A stretch of DNA of 64,000 nt from Octopus vulgaris (taxonomy: Eukaryota): assembly GCA_951406725.2 (NCBI GenBank), contig OX597814.1:166842001-166906000 (forward strand). Reading direction: 5' to 3'. A program made the translations under genes and the position numbers. Under the pieces are notes generated by a model. The model made no database searches, was not told where the DNA came from, and saw nothing but the letters and a program-made list of their open reading frames with translations. Each line of letters starts with the position of its first letter. Position 1 is the stretch's first letter. Positions 14,266-26,457 of the stretch are shown one piece after another.

Positions 14266-14453
14266 CGACGTGTGTATCCTTGGCGATTTTCTTTCTCCGT
14301 CTTCCCTTCCTTGGACCTTTCATTTTTCTATGTATCTGACGAAGAACTCCGCTCGAAACGTTAACTCCTCGTTCTTTCCTTTCCTGAGCGTCCAATAACA
14401 CTATACTTGCTCCACGTCCTTGTGTTGTGTTTTCTCTTTGTTCATGTTTGGAT

Positions 14454-14460
<7 letters not shown>
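13510..14460 (+). mobile_element. Probable non-autonomous Penelope-like element between (TA)n tracts, with minimal hammerhead motif
   Basis: CTGACGAAGAACTCCGCTCGAAACGTT at 14336-14362; segment 14020-14180 is homologous to 39455-39630; both ends are (TA)n. Confidence 0.6.
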
Positions 14461-14524
<64 letters not shown>

Positions 14525-14535
14525 TATTATCATCA

Positions 14536-14590
<55 letters not shown>

Positions 14591-15017
14591 CATTATTATT
14601 ATTATTATTATCATTATTATTATTATCATTATATATGCATATATATATTATTTATATTATGTATGTATGTATGAATGTATGTATGTATGCATGCATCCAT
14701 GTATATATGTATGACCTTATTCAGTTTTATTTCAAGATTTCTTGCCAATAGAGAAAGACCCGGTTTTTAACCTAGATCCAAAGCTCCTTCACTGGAATTT
14801 CAACAATATCAACAGGGTATTTTTGTACATATGTATTTGTATAGTTTTGTATGTCTTGTTTTATGTATGCATTCTTATGCATATAGTTGTTTGTTTAGAC
14901 ATGCTCATATATACTTAAATGATAAACTTCTGAAAAGTTTTACAGATTTTTACAGTTCCGGTGATGGGTTGTATGTATGTATGTATGTATGTATGTATGT
15001 ATGTATGTATGTATGTA

Positions 15018-15070
<53 letters not shown>

Positions 15071-15463
15071 ATGTATGTATGTATGTATGTATGTATGTAT
15101 GTATGTATGTATGTATACCAAAACACTTGCTGAAGATATCACGCAAGGTCCTGTTAATAGACAGCTATGTCTCCTACTATTTGAACCTGTGCTTTTGTCC
15201 CAGTTTGAAGACAACGCATGTGGTAAAGTGAGCTCGCCCTCGATTGAGATTTTATTTCATGTATCTGCGAGAGCCGCCTGTAATTGTTACTTGAATGCAC
15301 AAGAAAATCCCACGTAACCGGAGGAAAATACACATATATTTGTGTTTCTCGTTTCTCACGTCTTGTGTTATAGATACTGACGGAGAGATTCCCATCTTCT
15401 GAACAAAACCATTCCACTCTGTGAAATTATCAGGTCTAGGGTTTACAATAATAATAATAATAA

Positions 15464-15687
15464 TAAAAATATTCAGACAAATACATAACAAAAACACCAG
15501 GACTTACAAACACATATAACATACAGAAAATTGCACTACTAGGCACTGCACACATCCTACGCAGAACACTTTCAATACAGTAACCATCAGAGCATCACAA
15601 CAAATCACAGCACATACCCTAGGCACACAGAGCTGTGCTGGGTAGTGAAGTGCAAGAACGCTATAAAAATAAACCTACTGAATGATG

Positions 15688-15735
<48 letters not shown>
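15464..15735 (+). mobile_element. 3' end of a Dong/R4-clade (RLE) non-LTR retrotransposon in a (TAA)n tract
   Basis: KYSDKYITKTPGLTNTYNIQKIALLGTAHILRRTLSIQ* (stop 15581-15583) matches the IQK..LLGTA.ILR C-terminus of R4/Dong; short 3' UTR; (TAA)n on both sides. Confidence 0.85.
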
Positions 15736-15743
<8 letters not shown>

Positions 15744-16249
15744 AATCGAAGTAAAGAAAAAGAAAAAATTGCGGAGCAGGATTTCCAAACATTTTTGACA
15801 GAGTACACGTGTACGCGAGAATGTTATTGTTGCTGTTGTTATTGTTATTGTTGTTGTAAAACATAATGTCTGCAAAGTTAGGGGCTTTTTTTTAAAGAAA
15901 TGCCACCGGTTTTTTTTTTTTTGTATTATTTACGATTTGTGTATTGTGCTTATTAACGTTTGCTTTTGTTTTTTATGTTATGTTCTGAAGTAGTTTATAA
16001 TTGTTCTGAAGTTTTCATCCTGCGGCGTTGTCCGTATATCAGAATGCCATGTTTGACTTGAATGTTTGGCTTATATGAGAAATTGGAATTATTTCGTAAA
16101 ATTATTTGATGTCACACCATGGTACAGGGTAGATTTCCTAACAGTTCAATTGGAAGTTCCTATAAGAAAATTAATAACAACAAAACTACTTTTTGAAGAA
16201 CAATTGGAAAAAAGCAAAAAAAAAAAAAATCATCTGACAAGGTTAGTAG

Positions 16250-16315
<66 letters not shown>

Positions 16316-16316
<1 letters not shown>

Positions 16317-16880
16317 TCCTTTCTACTATAGGAACAAGGGACCTGAAATTTGGGAGGAGGGGACTAATCGATTACATCGACCCCAGTACTCAACTGGTAC
16401 TTAATTTATCGAACCCAAAAGGATGAAAGGCAAAGACAACCTCGGCAGAATTTGAACTCAGAACGTAACGACGGGCGAAATGCTGCTAAACATTTTGCCC
16501 GGCGTGCTAAGCATTTTGCTTGATGTGCTAATGATTTTATTCTGCCAGCACGCCGCCTTAATAATTTAAAATTTTGGCACAAGGCCAATAATTTCGGGGG
16601 AGGGACAAGTCGATTAAATCGACCCCAGTACTCAACTGGTACTATTTTATCAACCTCTAAAGAATGAAAGGCAATGTCGACCTCGGCGGAATTTGAACTC
16701 AGAACGTAGCGACGGGCGAAATGCCGCTAAGTATTTTGCCCAGCGTGCTAACGGTTCTGTCAGCTCGCCGCCTTGATAATAATGATTTCGAATTTTGGCA
16801 CAAGGCCAGCAATTTCGGGGAAGGAGGTAAGTCGATTACATCGACCCCAGTGCTCAACTTGTACTTAATTTGTTGATCCC
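16316..16880 (-). mobile_element. Cluster of three SINE family B copies
   Basis: Repeated GGATGAAAGGCAAAGTCGACCTCGGCGGAATTTGAACTCAG modules separated by short (TAA)n. Confidence 0.88.
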
Positions 16881-17260
16881 GAAACTATGAAAAGCAAAGT
16901 CATTAGACTGCGACCATACTGGGTTACCCCTTGAAAGGTTTAATCAAACATCGACTAAAATATTTATTTTTTAAACATTTGGTACTTATTTTATCGTTTT
17001 TTTTTTTTTTGCTGAGCTGCTATTTAAGACGACATAAACAAACCAACACCAATTGTGAAGAGCCGGGGTGGGGACATATACAAACGCAAGGACACCTTCA
17101 CACACACACATGTTGCGCAATGTGTCACACAGTGGGACTGAACCTGGAACCATGTGGTTGGGAAATAAATCTCTTATGAAACCAAGAAAGTATAGGAATA
17201 TCTTATAACGAAGAGACGCATTTTAAAGGCCAGTAACTGGCGCTAGAACAAGCACATTTA

Positions 17261-17660
17261 GGCGTAGGTATGGCTGTGTACTTAAGACGCTCACTTTGCA
17301 ACCACGTGGTTTCGGGTTCAGTTCCATTGCGGTGCTTTGGACAAGTGTCTTCTACTATATCCCTGGGCCGACCAATGACTTCTGAGTGACTTTGGTAGAC
17401 AGAAACTGTATGGAAGCTAGTCGTATATGTGTGCATCTTTGTCATCGTGTTTCTCCACTGCCACCCTTTGACAACCGGTATTAGTTTATTTACATCCCTG
17501 TAAATTAGCAGTTAAGTAAAAAGCAACCCATAGAATAAGCACCAGGTTTTAAAATGAATAAATAAATACTGGGGTCTATTTGTTAGACTAAAACCCTTCA
17601 AAGCTATGACCCAGTATGTCTGCAGACCAATGACTGAAACACGTAAATAAATGGAAAGGT
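17261..17660 (+). mobile_element. Older diverged SINE family A copy (other diverged A copies at 5305-5460, 7835-8040, 16880-17170, 45612-45800)
   Basis: GGCGTAGGTATGGCTGTGT head, GGGTTCAGTTCC, GGACAAGTGTCTTCTACTATA, ATGACTGAAAC tail. Confidence 0.8.
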
Positions 17661-17915
17661 AGAAATAAAATATGTTCCATCATTATGAGACACTTTATAG
17701 ATTGACATGTGAAGGGAGTGTAATTAGGTTACTCATTCTCGAGTCTAGACTAACCAATCATAAGGCTGGAACTTACCTCCGTGATTTCAACTACGTTAAA
17801 TAGAAGTGAGTTAAATACCCTATGGCTTAAATACCCTTAGTGCAATTGTTGTGCCTCCAAAAGATAAATATTCAAAGATCAGAAATTCTTTTCTTACAGA
17901 AATGTTTTTCTTAAA

Positions 17916-18146
17916 GGCGGCGAGCTGGCAGAAACGTTGGCACGTAGGGCGAAATGCTTTGCAGTATTTCGTCTGCCGTTACGTTCTGAGTTCAAATTCC
18001 GCCGAAGTCGACTTTGCCTTTCATCCTTTCGGGGTCGATAAATTAAGTACCAGTTACGCACTGGGGTCGATGTAATCGACTTAATACCTTTGTCTGTCTT
18101 TGTTTGTCCCCTCTACGTTTAGCTCCTTGTGGGCAATAAAGAAATA
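17916..18146 (+). mobile_element. SINE family B, full-length monomer with tail type i
   Basis: Complete head, core and tail (..GCTCCTTGTGGGCAATAAAGAAATA); 19-bp direct repeat AGAAATTCTTTTCTTACAG at 17881-17899 and 18147-18165. Confidence 0.93.
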
Positions 18147-19211
18147 AGAAATTCTTTTCTTACAGCCTAAGGTTTTACTCCTTTACCTATCTTCAATATC
18201 CTTGCAAGCCTTACTCTTTCTATTCCTTCCTTCCTTCCTTCCTTCCTTCCTTCTTCTCTTTCTTTCTTTTTACAGAGGCACAACACTCTAAGCTTAGAGA
18301 AAATGAACGGAACTGTATAACATTTAGTACAAGTATTCTTATATGAAGCATTGGAAATATCTTGTACATTTTATTTTACTAAATGAATATTTGGATCACT
18401 TCACGTATGATATTAGGTTGTTTCAAGTTTATGCACTTTACGACAAGATCTCGAATTCATTTTGTTTGAATTTATCTCCACATTTTGTCGCCGACCATCC
18501 AATTACGCACTGAAGCCTATTATTGTTGGATATTGTTTCTCTATTGATCAATTGCTATGGAAGTTTCCGCACTGACAAGAGAAGTAAATTGAAACGTTTG
18601 AATTGTATTATTTAGATAATTGTATTTTGCCTAAAGAAACAGTCAATTTCTTTGTTCTTACAAAGTTTCTAGCGTAGTAAAATGTTAAACAGATATATTT
18701 TAAATCTGAAACTAAACACTCAATCGTCTGGCCTCTAGAAAAACCATCGTATCGAGAGCAAAAGATTTGCTAAGAAGCAAATATCAATTTTCCACAAAAT
18801 AGTTTTTAACAAGTAGGATTTTTGACAAAATTGTTATTATATCTTCCAAAGTCCTATTCTATTTACTTCTAAACGTATGAATTATATCAGTCCATATATA
18901 GATAACGTTATTCAGTTAAGGAAATTTAGCTGCAAACTGAGTAGAGGACATAGTTTCCAGTTTCGTTCGTAGCTATTTCAGTTTACTTAAAAAAAAAAAA
19001 AAAGCCCTCCTCTGAAGTCAGAAGCGATAATAACCCAATCATGCATTGTTTTATTGATCACCTATAGTCGAACATAAATTTCGAATATTTGATGTTTTAC
19101 TATATTTTATCACTTCGAGCGAAATAATTTACTTTTGTTTCATAAATGTGAACGTCTAACACATTTTTCCTAGTTCTTTCATTATAATACATATTTGGAT
19201 CAGTTCACATG

Positions 19212-20130
19212 GTGATTTCAAATTTTGGTACAAGTCCAGCATTTTCGGTGAAGGGATAAGTTTATTACATCGATCCCAGTGTTCAACTTGTACTTAAATT
19301 ATCGACCTCGGTGAAATTTGAACTCAGAACGTAAAGACAGACGGAATGCGGCTAAGCATTTTACCTGGCGTAATAACGATTCTGCTAGTTAGCTTCCTTT
19401 GGATCAGTTCACTGATTGTTTTCAAATTTTGGCACAATGCCAGCAATTTCTGGAGAGTGGGTTAATCGATTACATCGACCCCAGTGCACAAATGGTACTT
19501 ATTTTCGACCTCGTAACGATAAAGGGCAAAGTCGACCTCGGCGGAAATTGAACATAAGACGGACGAAATTCCGCTAAGTATTTTGCCCGGTGTGCTAACG
19601 ATTTTGCCAGCTTGCCTATTTCTTTAGAACAGTTCACAAATTCTTTTCTACTCTAGGCAAAAGGCCCGGAATTTTTGGGGAAGGGGGGGGGAGTCGACTA
19701 GATCGACTCCAGTACACAACTGGTATTTAATTTATCGACCACAAAAGGATGAAAGGCAAAGTCGACTTCGGCGGAATTTGAACTCAGTACGTAAAGACAG
19801 ACGAAATATCACTCAGCATTTCGCCCGGCGTGCTAACGTTTTTTTATTTCTTTATTGCCCACAAGGGGCTAAACATAGAGGGGACAAACAAAGGGATTAA
19901 GTCGATTACATCGACCCCAGTGCTCAACTGGTACTCTAGGTACAAAGTCCGAAATTTGGTGGGGAGGAGGAGAGTCCATTAGATCGACTACAGTAGTACT
20001 TAATTTATCGACCCCGAAAGGATGAAAGGCAAAGTCGACCTCGGCGGAATTTGAACTCAGAATATAAGGACGGATGAAATACCGCAAAGCATTTCGCCCG
20101 TGTGCTAACGTTTCTGCCAGATCGCAGCCT
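19212..20130 (-). mobile_element. Cluster of four to five SINE family B copies with mixed tails
   Basis: Successive B modules separated by variants of TTGGATCAGTTCAC. Confidence 0.88.
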
Positions 20131-20479
20131 TGATTAGTTCGCAAATTACGAAACAATTTTATGAATGGTGTACCCCTCACAAACCCTCATTATCGGGTTC
20201 TATAATTTTGATTCAGAAATTACAAGAACAGAGAAAATTACACTGATGGAGAAAATTGCTGAAGTGAATGCTTTATGACAAGCAGTTGTTACAATCTAAG
20301 TTGGATGGAGTTCAGATGTCAACCATGTCAGCGTTGACATCCATTTCACGTTTGTTCCTTTCAGATAAAGAGGATATATGTAAGCTGGGATGGGAGATTC
20401 CATCGACTTCATGTCTCGCTTCATAAAAATTTCTTTCTTACCAATTCAATGACACCAGAAACACACACACACACACACT

Positions 20480-20553
<74 letters not shown>

Positions 20554-20729
20554 AATTGTATAGTATGATAGATAAGACAGTTGAAACTCTTTGCTAAAGG
20601 TGTGCGTATCTGTGTGTGTGTGTGCGCGCGCGCGTGTGCGTGTGTGTGTTTGTGTGTGAGTGTGTGTGTGTATGCATATGCGCGCGTGTGTGTGTGTATG
20701 TATATATATATATATTATATATACACGTG

Positions 20730-20774
<45 letters not shown>

Positions 20775-20830
20775 GTATGTACGTATGTATGCATGTGTAT
20801 ACATATGCACGCACACGTGTATAGATAGAC

Positions 20831-20915
<85 letters not shown>

Positions 20916-20963
20916 TACGTACATGTATACATACATGCACACATATGCATGCGTGTTTGTATG

Positions 20964-21002
<39 letters not shown>

Positions 21003-21707
21003 CTAAGTATGTATGTATGTACTAATCGAAACGTAATTTTGAGTGAAACATTTCCCAACTCCTAAATCGATGGGAATCGATCGTTCGTTGATAGATCTTT
21101 CTGCTCACAAAAAGTCAATAAATTGATTCAATTTATCGCAATAGTATGTGGGATAAATAAATATCTATCCTTATTTTATTAAGGCTAACTACAACCTTCT
21201 AAAGAAAACTTTTTTTGCTGCAGAAGCCAAGTCGATATGTCAATATTCCCACCTTGTCAATTGATAACCTAACATTGTACAAAAGTGTACAAGACATAAG
21301 AAGGAATCGACAAGGAAACTGAGATCTTGGAGGTATTAAAAGTTGATTTCTCATTTACCGACGTACATTTATAACAGTGAAATATGATGATGTGGTATTC
21401 ATGCATTTCTCAATTCTTAAATGTTATATTTAACTTCAGCTGAAAATAAAAATTAGCATAATTTCTAAATTCTTGTAACCAGTAGCAACTGTTCAACTCT
21501 CTCCCGTTCTGTCTTGAAGAAGCTTTTTAACTTCATCTCACGCTCGGTCACTTCAATATCCACAACTTCTCTTCTGAATTCCTACCTTCTTCACACTGAT
21601 ATGGCTTGCTCGAACATCGAATCATTTACTATTCTGAACTGTCTCAAAAGACTAGCTTCAACTATACACGTTCTCTCAGCCTGTTTCTTACATTCAAACT
21701 CAATTTT

Positions 21708-21950
21708 GTTTGTTGTTGCGCCCTTTTAAGGCCTAGCAGGTTTTCCGGTTTCAATGGTGTATGTGTTCCCCAGCTGGACAGGACGCCAGTCCATCGCAGC
21801 GTGACTCATTTTTGCCAGCTGAGTGGACCGGAGCAACGTGAAATGAAGTGTTTTGCTCAAGAACACAACGCGTCGCCCGGTCCAGGAATCGAAACCACAA
21901 TCTTACGATCATGATGCTGACACCCTGACCACTAAGCTATGCGCCTCCAC
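21708..21950 (-). mobile_element. SINE family D (tRNA head, CORE-like body), full length with TSD
   Basis: Minus-strand head GTGGAGGCGCATAGCTTAGTGG..GGTTTCGATTCC, body TTGAGCAAAACACTTCATTTCACGTTGCTCC; perfect 12-bp TSD AAACTCAATTTT at 21696-21707 and 21951-21962. Confidence 0.9.
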
Positions 21951-22311
21951 AAACTCAATTTTACCCAGCAATTATGGTTTCTATTTCTATTGTCTAATCA
22001 ACGCAGACAACTTATTCTTGGATTCTCTTGTACGCCGAATATGACTACTACTCGAAGATTCCCAGTTCTACGTTAACTACCCTTAGCCATACACGTGCTT
22101 TACTTTTGAGCCATCCAAAATCGTTAAGCAGGTGACTGAAGCTATTCATCCGCTGATATACTTCTACATTCTTCACACAATCAAACCTTAAACTCAAAAC
22201 CCCTAAATGGATCGTTCAGGGTAGCACAGCAACAATACTTTTGCCGCACATAAAGACACCCACTACCAACAGAAGGACATTTACATATAATTGTAACGTT
22301 TTTAAGATACC

Positions 22312-22522
22312 TATTTCTTTACTACCCACAAGGGGCTAAACACAGAGGGGACAAACAAGGACAGACATAGGTATTAAGTCGATTACATCGACCCCAGTGC
22401 GTAACTGGTACTTAATTTATCGACCCCGAAAGGATGAAAGGCAAAGTCGACCTCGGCAGAATTTGAACTCAGAACGTAACAGTAGACGCCCAGCGTGCTA
22501 ACGTTTCTGCCAGCTCGCCGCC
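22312..22522 (-). mobile_element. SINE family B monomer with TSD
   Basis: TSD TAACGTTTTTAAGAT(A/G)CC at 22294-22311 and 22526-22543; head hairpin deleted. Confidence 0.92.
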
Positions 22523-23517
22523 TTATAACGTTTTTAAGATGCCATAAGGTGTACGTAAATAGCATAACTCCTTCGTATACGGCAAAACTTGCAAACTGTT
22601 TTTCTTTCGGAATAGCAACTGAATATCCCGGTGTCTTTCTAAGATGGACTGAACCAAATGTATAAATACGTGAGATGAAACATAGTGAATACGATCATAA
22701 CATTTTTAACTCATAGCGTAATTTGCTATGACGAGACACACTCACACTCATGTTTTATTTTTCGCAAAATAAATTCGACTTTTGGATAGTAGAATAAATA
22801 ACTTCTCTTTATACATGACATTTGTCATCACATTTTATCAAAGCTTGTGAACATCAAACTTTATTTATATCTCGCATCCTCTTCCATATGTACTCCTTAT
22901 CACACACACATAAATACACACGTACACAAACACACACACACGCAAACACACACACACACACACACATTCACGCGTATACACACGTACACAAACACACACA
23001 CACACACATATACACGCGTATACACACGCACACACGCAATACACACACATACACACATATACATCTACACACAGCACACACATTCCTACGCAGATGATAT
23101 CATCCTTTACTTCTTAACTTAACGCATAACAGGCGTAATCCACCCGTAACCGAAAAACTTTACGACAGACATGTACTATCTCCTTGAAAAGAGACCCCAT
23201 AAGTATCTCCAAACGGAAATAAGACAAGCTCATCTATTCTATAAAAGACGCGTTAACTACACTTACCACCAAAATTGCCTGTCACTACCATCTCTCTTAA
23301 TTTAAAACAACAAAACTAAACCAAACAAAATCTCTGCAGATTTTAAACTCCGCAATTTCTAATGATTTCTCGTTGGGATCTCCCATTGCAAAGATTCTAA
23401 GATTCTAAGATTCCCCTTTAGTATTAATTGCCGATACTCTTCGGAACCCATGTCTTTGCAATGTGACGTCTCAATGAGCAATCACTAGAGATTGTAGAGC
23501 TTAACATTTGCAGAGAA

Positions 23518-24420
23518 GGCGCGTGGCCTAGCATTTAGTGTGTTGCATTCACGATCTTGCGTTCGTGATTTCGATTCCTAGACTGGGCAATGCGTTGTGT
23601 TCTTGAGCAAAACATTTCATTTCACGCTGCTCTACGATCAAGTCACTATCTTATTTCTTTATTGCCCACAATGGGCTAAACATAGAGGGGACAAACAAGG
23701 ACAGACAAACGGATTAAGTCGATTATATCGACCCCAGTGCGTAACTGGTACTTATTTAATCGACTCCGAAAGGATGAAAGACAAAGTTGACCTCGGCGGA
23801 ATTTGAACTCAGAACATAACGGCAGACGAAATATCTATTTCTTTACTACCTACAAGGGGCTAAACACAGAGAGGACAAACAAGGACAGACAAACGGATTA
23901 AGTCGATTATATAGACCCCAGTGCGTAACTGGTACTTATTTAATCGACTCCGAAAGGATGAAAGGCAAAGTCGACCTCGGCGGAATTTGAACTCAGAACA
24001 TAACGGCAGACGAAATATCTTTTTCTTTACTACCCACAAGGGGCTAAACACAGAGAGGACAAACAAGGACAGACAAACGGATTAAGTCGATTATATCGAC
24101 CCCAGTGCGTAACTAGTACTTATTTAATCGACCTCGAAAGGATGAAAGGCAAAGTCGACCTCGGCGGAATTTGAACTCAGAACGTAACGGCAGACGAAAT
24201 ACCGCAAAGCCTTTCGCCCGACGTGCTAACGATTCTGCCAGCTCGCCCACTATCTGACGTGTGGTACACCGTGCACCTATACAGGCAATGTCGATTGGAT
24301 GAAGAGCGTGACCACAACATTTTGATCGCTTTGACCACTATAAACAAATCATATGTGCAGGTTGTTCAGCAAGAATTTATGGGATCCCCATCTGTCGTTT
24401 ACGACAGAAGAGTTCACCAC
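23518..24420 (+). mobile_element. D-like SINE interrupted by a family B trimer
   Basis: Head GGCGCGTGGCCTAG..TTCGATTCC..TTCTTGAGCAAAACATTTCATTTCACG (23518-23640), apparently resuming after 24255. Confidence 0.65.
23652..24247 (-). mobile_element. SINE family B head-to-tail trimer
   Basis: Three ~185-230 bp units; single flanking direct repeat CACTATCT at 23644-23651 and 24248-24255. Confidence 0.93.
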
Positions 24421-24831
24421 ACAAACACACGCGCGCGCGCGTATATTTACGCACTTCGTACGTTTTCAAAGTAGGAAAAAAACCCATATCATAGATTATT
24501 AAACAACTTCATAAACTGCCAGATATCGAACTTTATGTCGCAATGGTTATCCAGGGATTATGAAATAGAAGGAAAACACTCATTTAGTTACACTTTATGG
24601 GAGTGGTAAGAGATTTCGGTAAACAACCAATCACGCGCCTTCTTCATAGATTACTCGACAAACATAGAAGGGATTGTAGAATCCCGAATATCAATTCGTT
24701 GTCGACATCGATTTATTTATGGTACGGTGTATATTCAAGTGTTTATACATAGGCAGCCTGTCGCCTTATTCTTTCCCAAGGGGTTTTTTCCAACCCAATA
24801 TTTACATTCTATTAATTTTAGCTTTAAGTAA

Positions 24832-25027
24832 GGCGTAGGAGTGGCTGTGTGGTACGTAGCTTGCTTACAAACCACATGGTTCCGGGTTCAGTCCTACTGC
24901 GTGGCACCTTGGGCAAGTGTCTTCTGCTATAGCCTCGGGTCGACCAAAGCCTTGTGAGTGGATTTGGTAGACGGAAACTAAAAGAAGCCCGTCGTATATA
25001 TATATATATACAAGGTAAAATACACTC

Positions 25028-25097
<70 letters not shown>

Positions 25098-25317
25098 GTA
25101 TGTTTATGTGTCTGTGTTTGTCCCTCCCCCCAACATCGCTTGACAACCGATGCTAGTGTGTTTACGTCCCCGTAACGTAGCGGTTCGACAAAAGAGACCG
25201 ATAGAATAAGTACTAGGCTTACAAAGAATAAGTCCTGGGGTCGATTTGCTCGACTAAAGGCGGTGCTCCAGCATGGCCACAGTCAAATGACTGAAACGAG
25301 TAAAAGAGTAAAAGAGA
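24832..25317 (+). mobile_element. SINE family A, full length, followed directly by two family B copies (25314-25715)
   Basis: A box TGGCTGTGTGG, B box GGTTCAGTCC, internal microsatellite, (GTAAAAGA)n tail. Confidence 0.93.
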
Positions 25318-25934
25318 ATCGTTAGCGCACCGGACGAGATGCTTAGCGGTATTTCACCCGTTGGTACATTCTGAGTTCAAATTCCACCGAGGTCGACTTT
25401 ACCTCTCATCTTTTCAGGGTCGATAAAATAAGTACCAGTTAAACATTGGGGTAGATGTAATCGAGTCATCCCCTGCCACAAAATTGCTGCCCTTGTGGCA
25501 AAATTTGAAACCATTATTTGTAGCTTTAAGGCGGCAAGCTGGTAGGATCGTTAGCACTCCGGGCGAAACGTTCTGAGTTCAAATTCCGCCGAAGTTGACT
25601 TTGTCTGTCATCTTTTCGGGTTCGATGGAATAAGTACCAGTTGAACAATGAAGTCGATGTAATCGATTTAGCCACTGCCCTTGGAATTGCTGACTTTGCG
25701 TGAAAATTTAAAATCATTATTTATCGGTTTATATGATGTGCTTAAGTAACCAAATATTCCAAAGAAGAATTATTTCACGTTCTTTCGAAAGTTTCAAAAT
25801 TCTTATGAAGTCATATGTATGAGTATATATGAATGCGCGCTCACGCGACAATTTTCTGCTATATACGCAAACAACTTGGATCGTATTTATCAAGAGGATA
25901 TTTGGCTCTTTTGTAGATCTACTTCCCTAACATA

Positions 25935-26457
25935 CCGTAAATCCTCGTGTATAACCCGCACTTTTCCCCCCAAAATTTAACGGTCAAAATCCCTAGTGTG
26001 TACTATATACGAGGTTAAAAATGAAAATTATTTTCTAAGCAATGTCCGAGTCTCTATTTGCTGTCCGGCAATATTTATTCAGATGCATTTTGTGATGTCG
26101 GGCGCAAAAATACCTTAAGCTAAGCCTGAAAGCAATGAAGTCATAAAAGAATCACCCATAACTTGCAATAAGCAACAGTTATTAAACGTTATTACTGTTA
26201 TTACTTTTTATTTCTTTATTTTCTGCAAACAAAATGCACAAAAAAGCTACACGTTTGCATTATGTTATATATACAATAATAATAAAGGACGTTACCGTAT
26301 ACATTTTTACAAACCAAGGACGTTATATAGACCTCCTTGGCTCAAGTTAGAGAAGGGGTACGTATTGTATACAAGGTTTAGATTTTTCAGAGGTACAACC
26401 TCCTAAAAATCCCCTGCGTATTATACTCAAGGGTAGACTATACTCGAGGATTTATGG
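25935..26457. mobile_element. pogo/Tc2-like MITE
   Basis: TA target duplication (25933-34, 26458-59); TIRs CCGTAAATCCTCGTGTATA / reverse complement CCATAAATCCTCGAGTATA; subterminal TATACGAGG-like repeats. Confidence 0.85.

Noticed and set aside
15373-15432. Acceptor/donor-bounded 60-nt segment
   Set aside because: Stops in all three frames and a weak donor
19196-20145. Repeat-spacer appearance resembling a CRISPR array
   Set aside because: The 'spacers' are ~200-bp homologous SINE copies, context is eukaryotic, and no cas genes are present
21440-22190. Purine-rich minus-strand region around SINE D, possibly an old RTE ORF
   Set aside because: Too decayed to recover diagnostic motifs with confidence
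23597-24066. Recurrent ORFs such as [42 protein letters not shown]
   Set aside because: Chance frames through SINE families A and B; repeated because the SINEs are repeated
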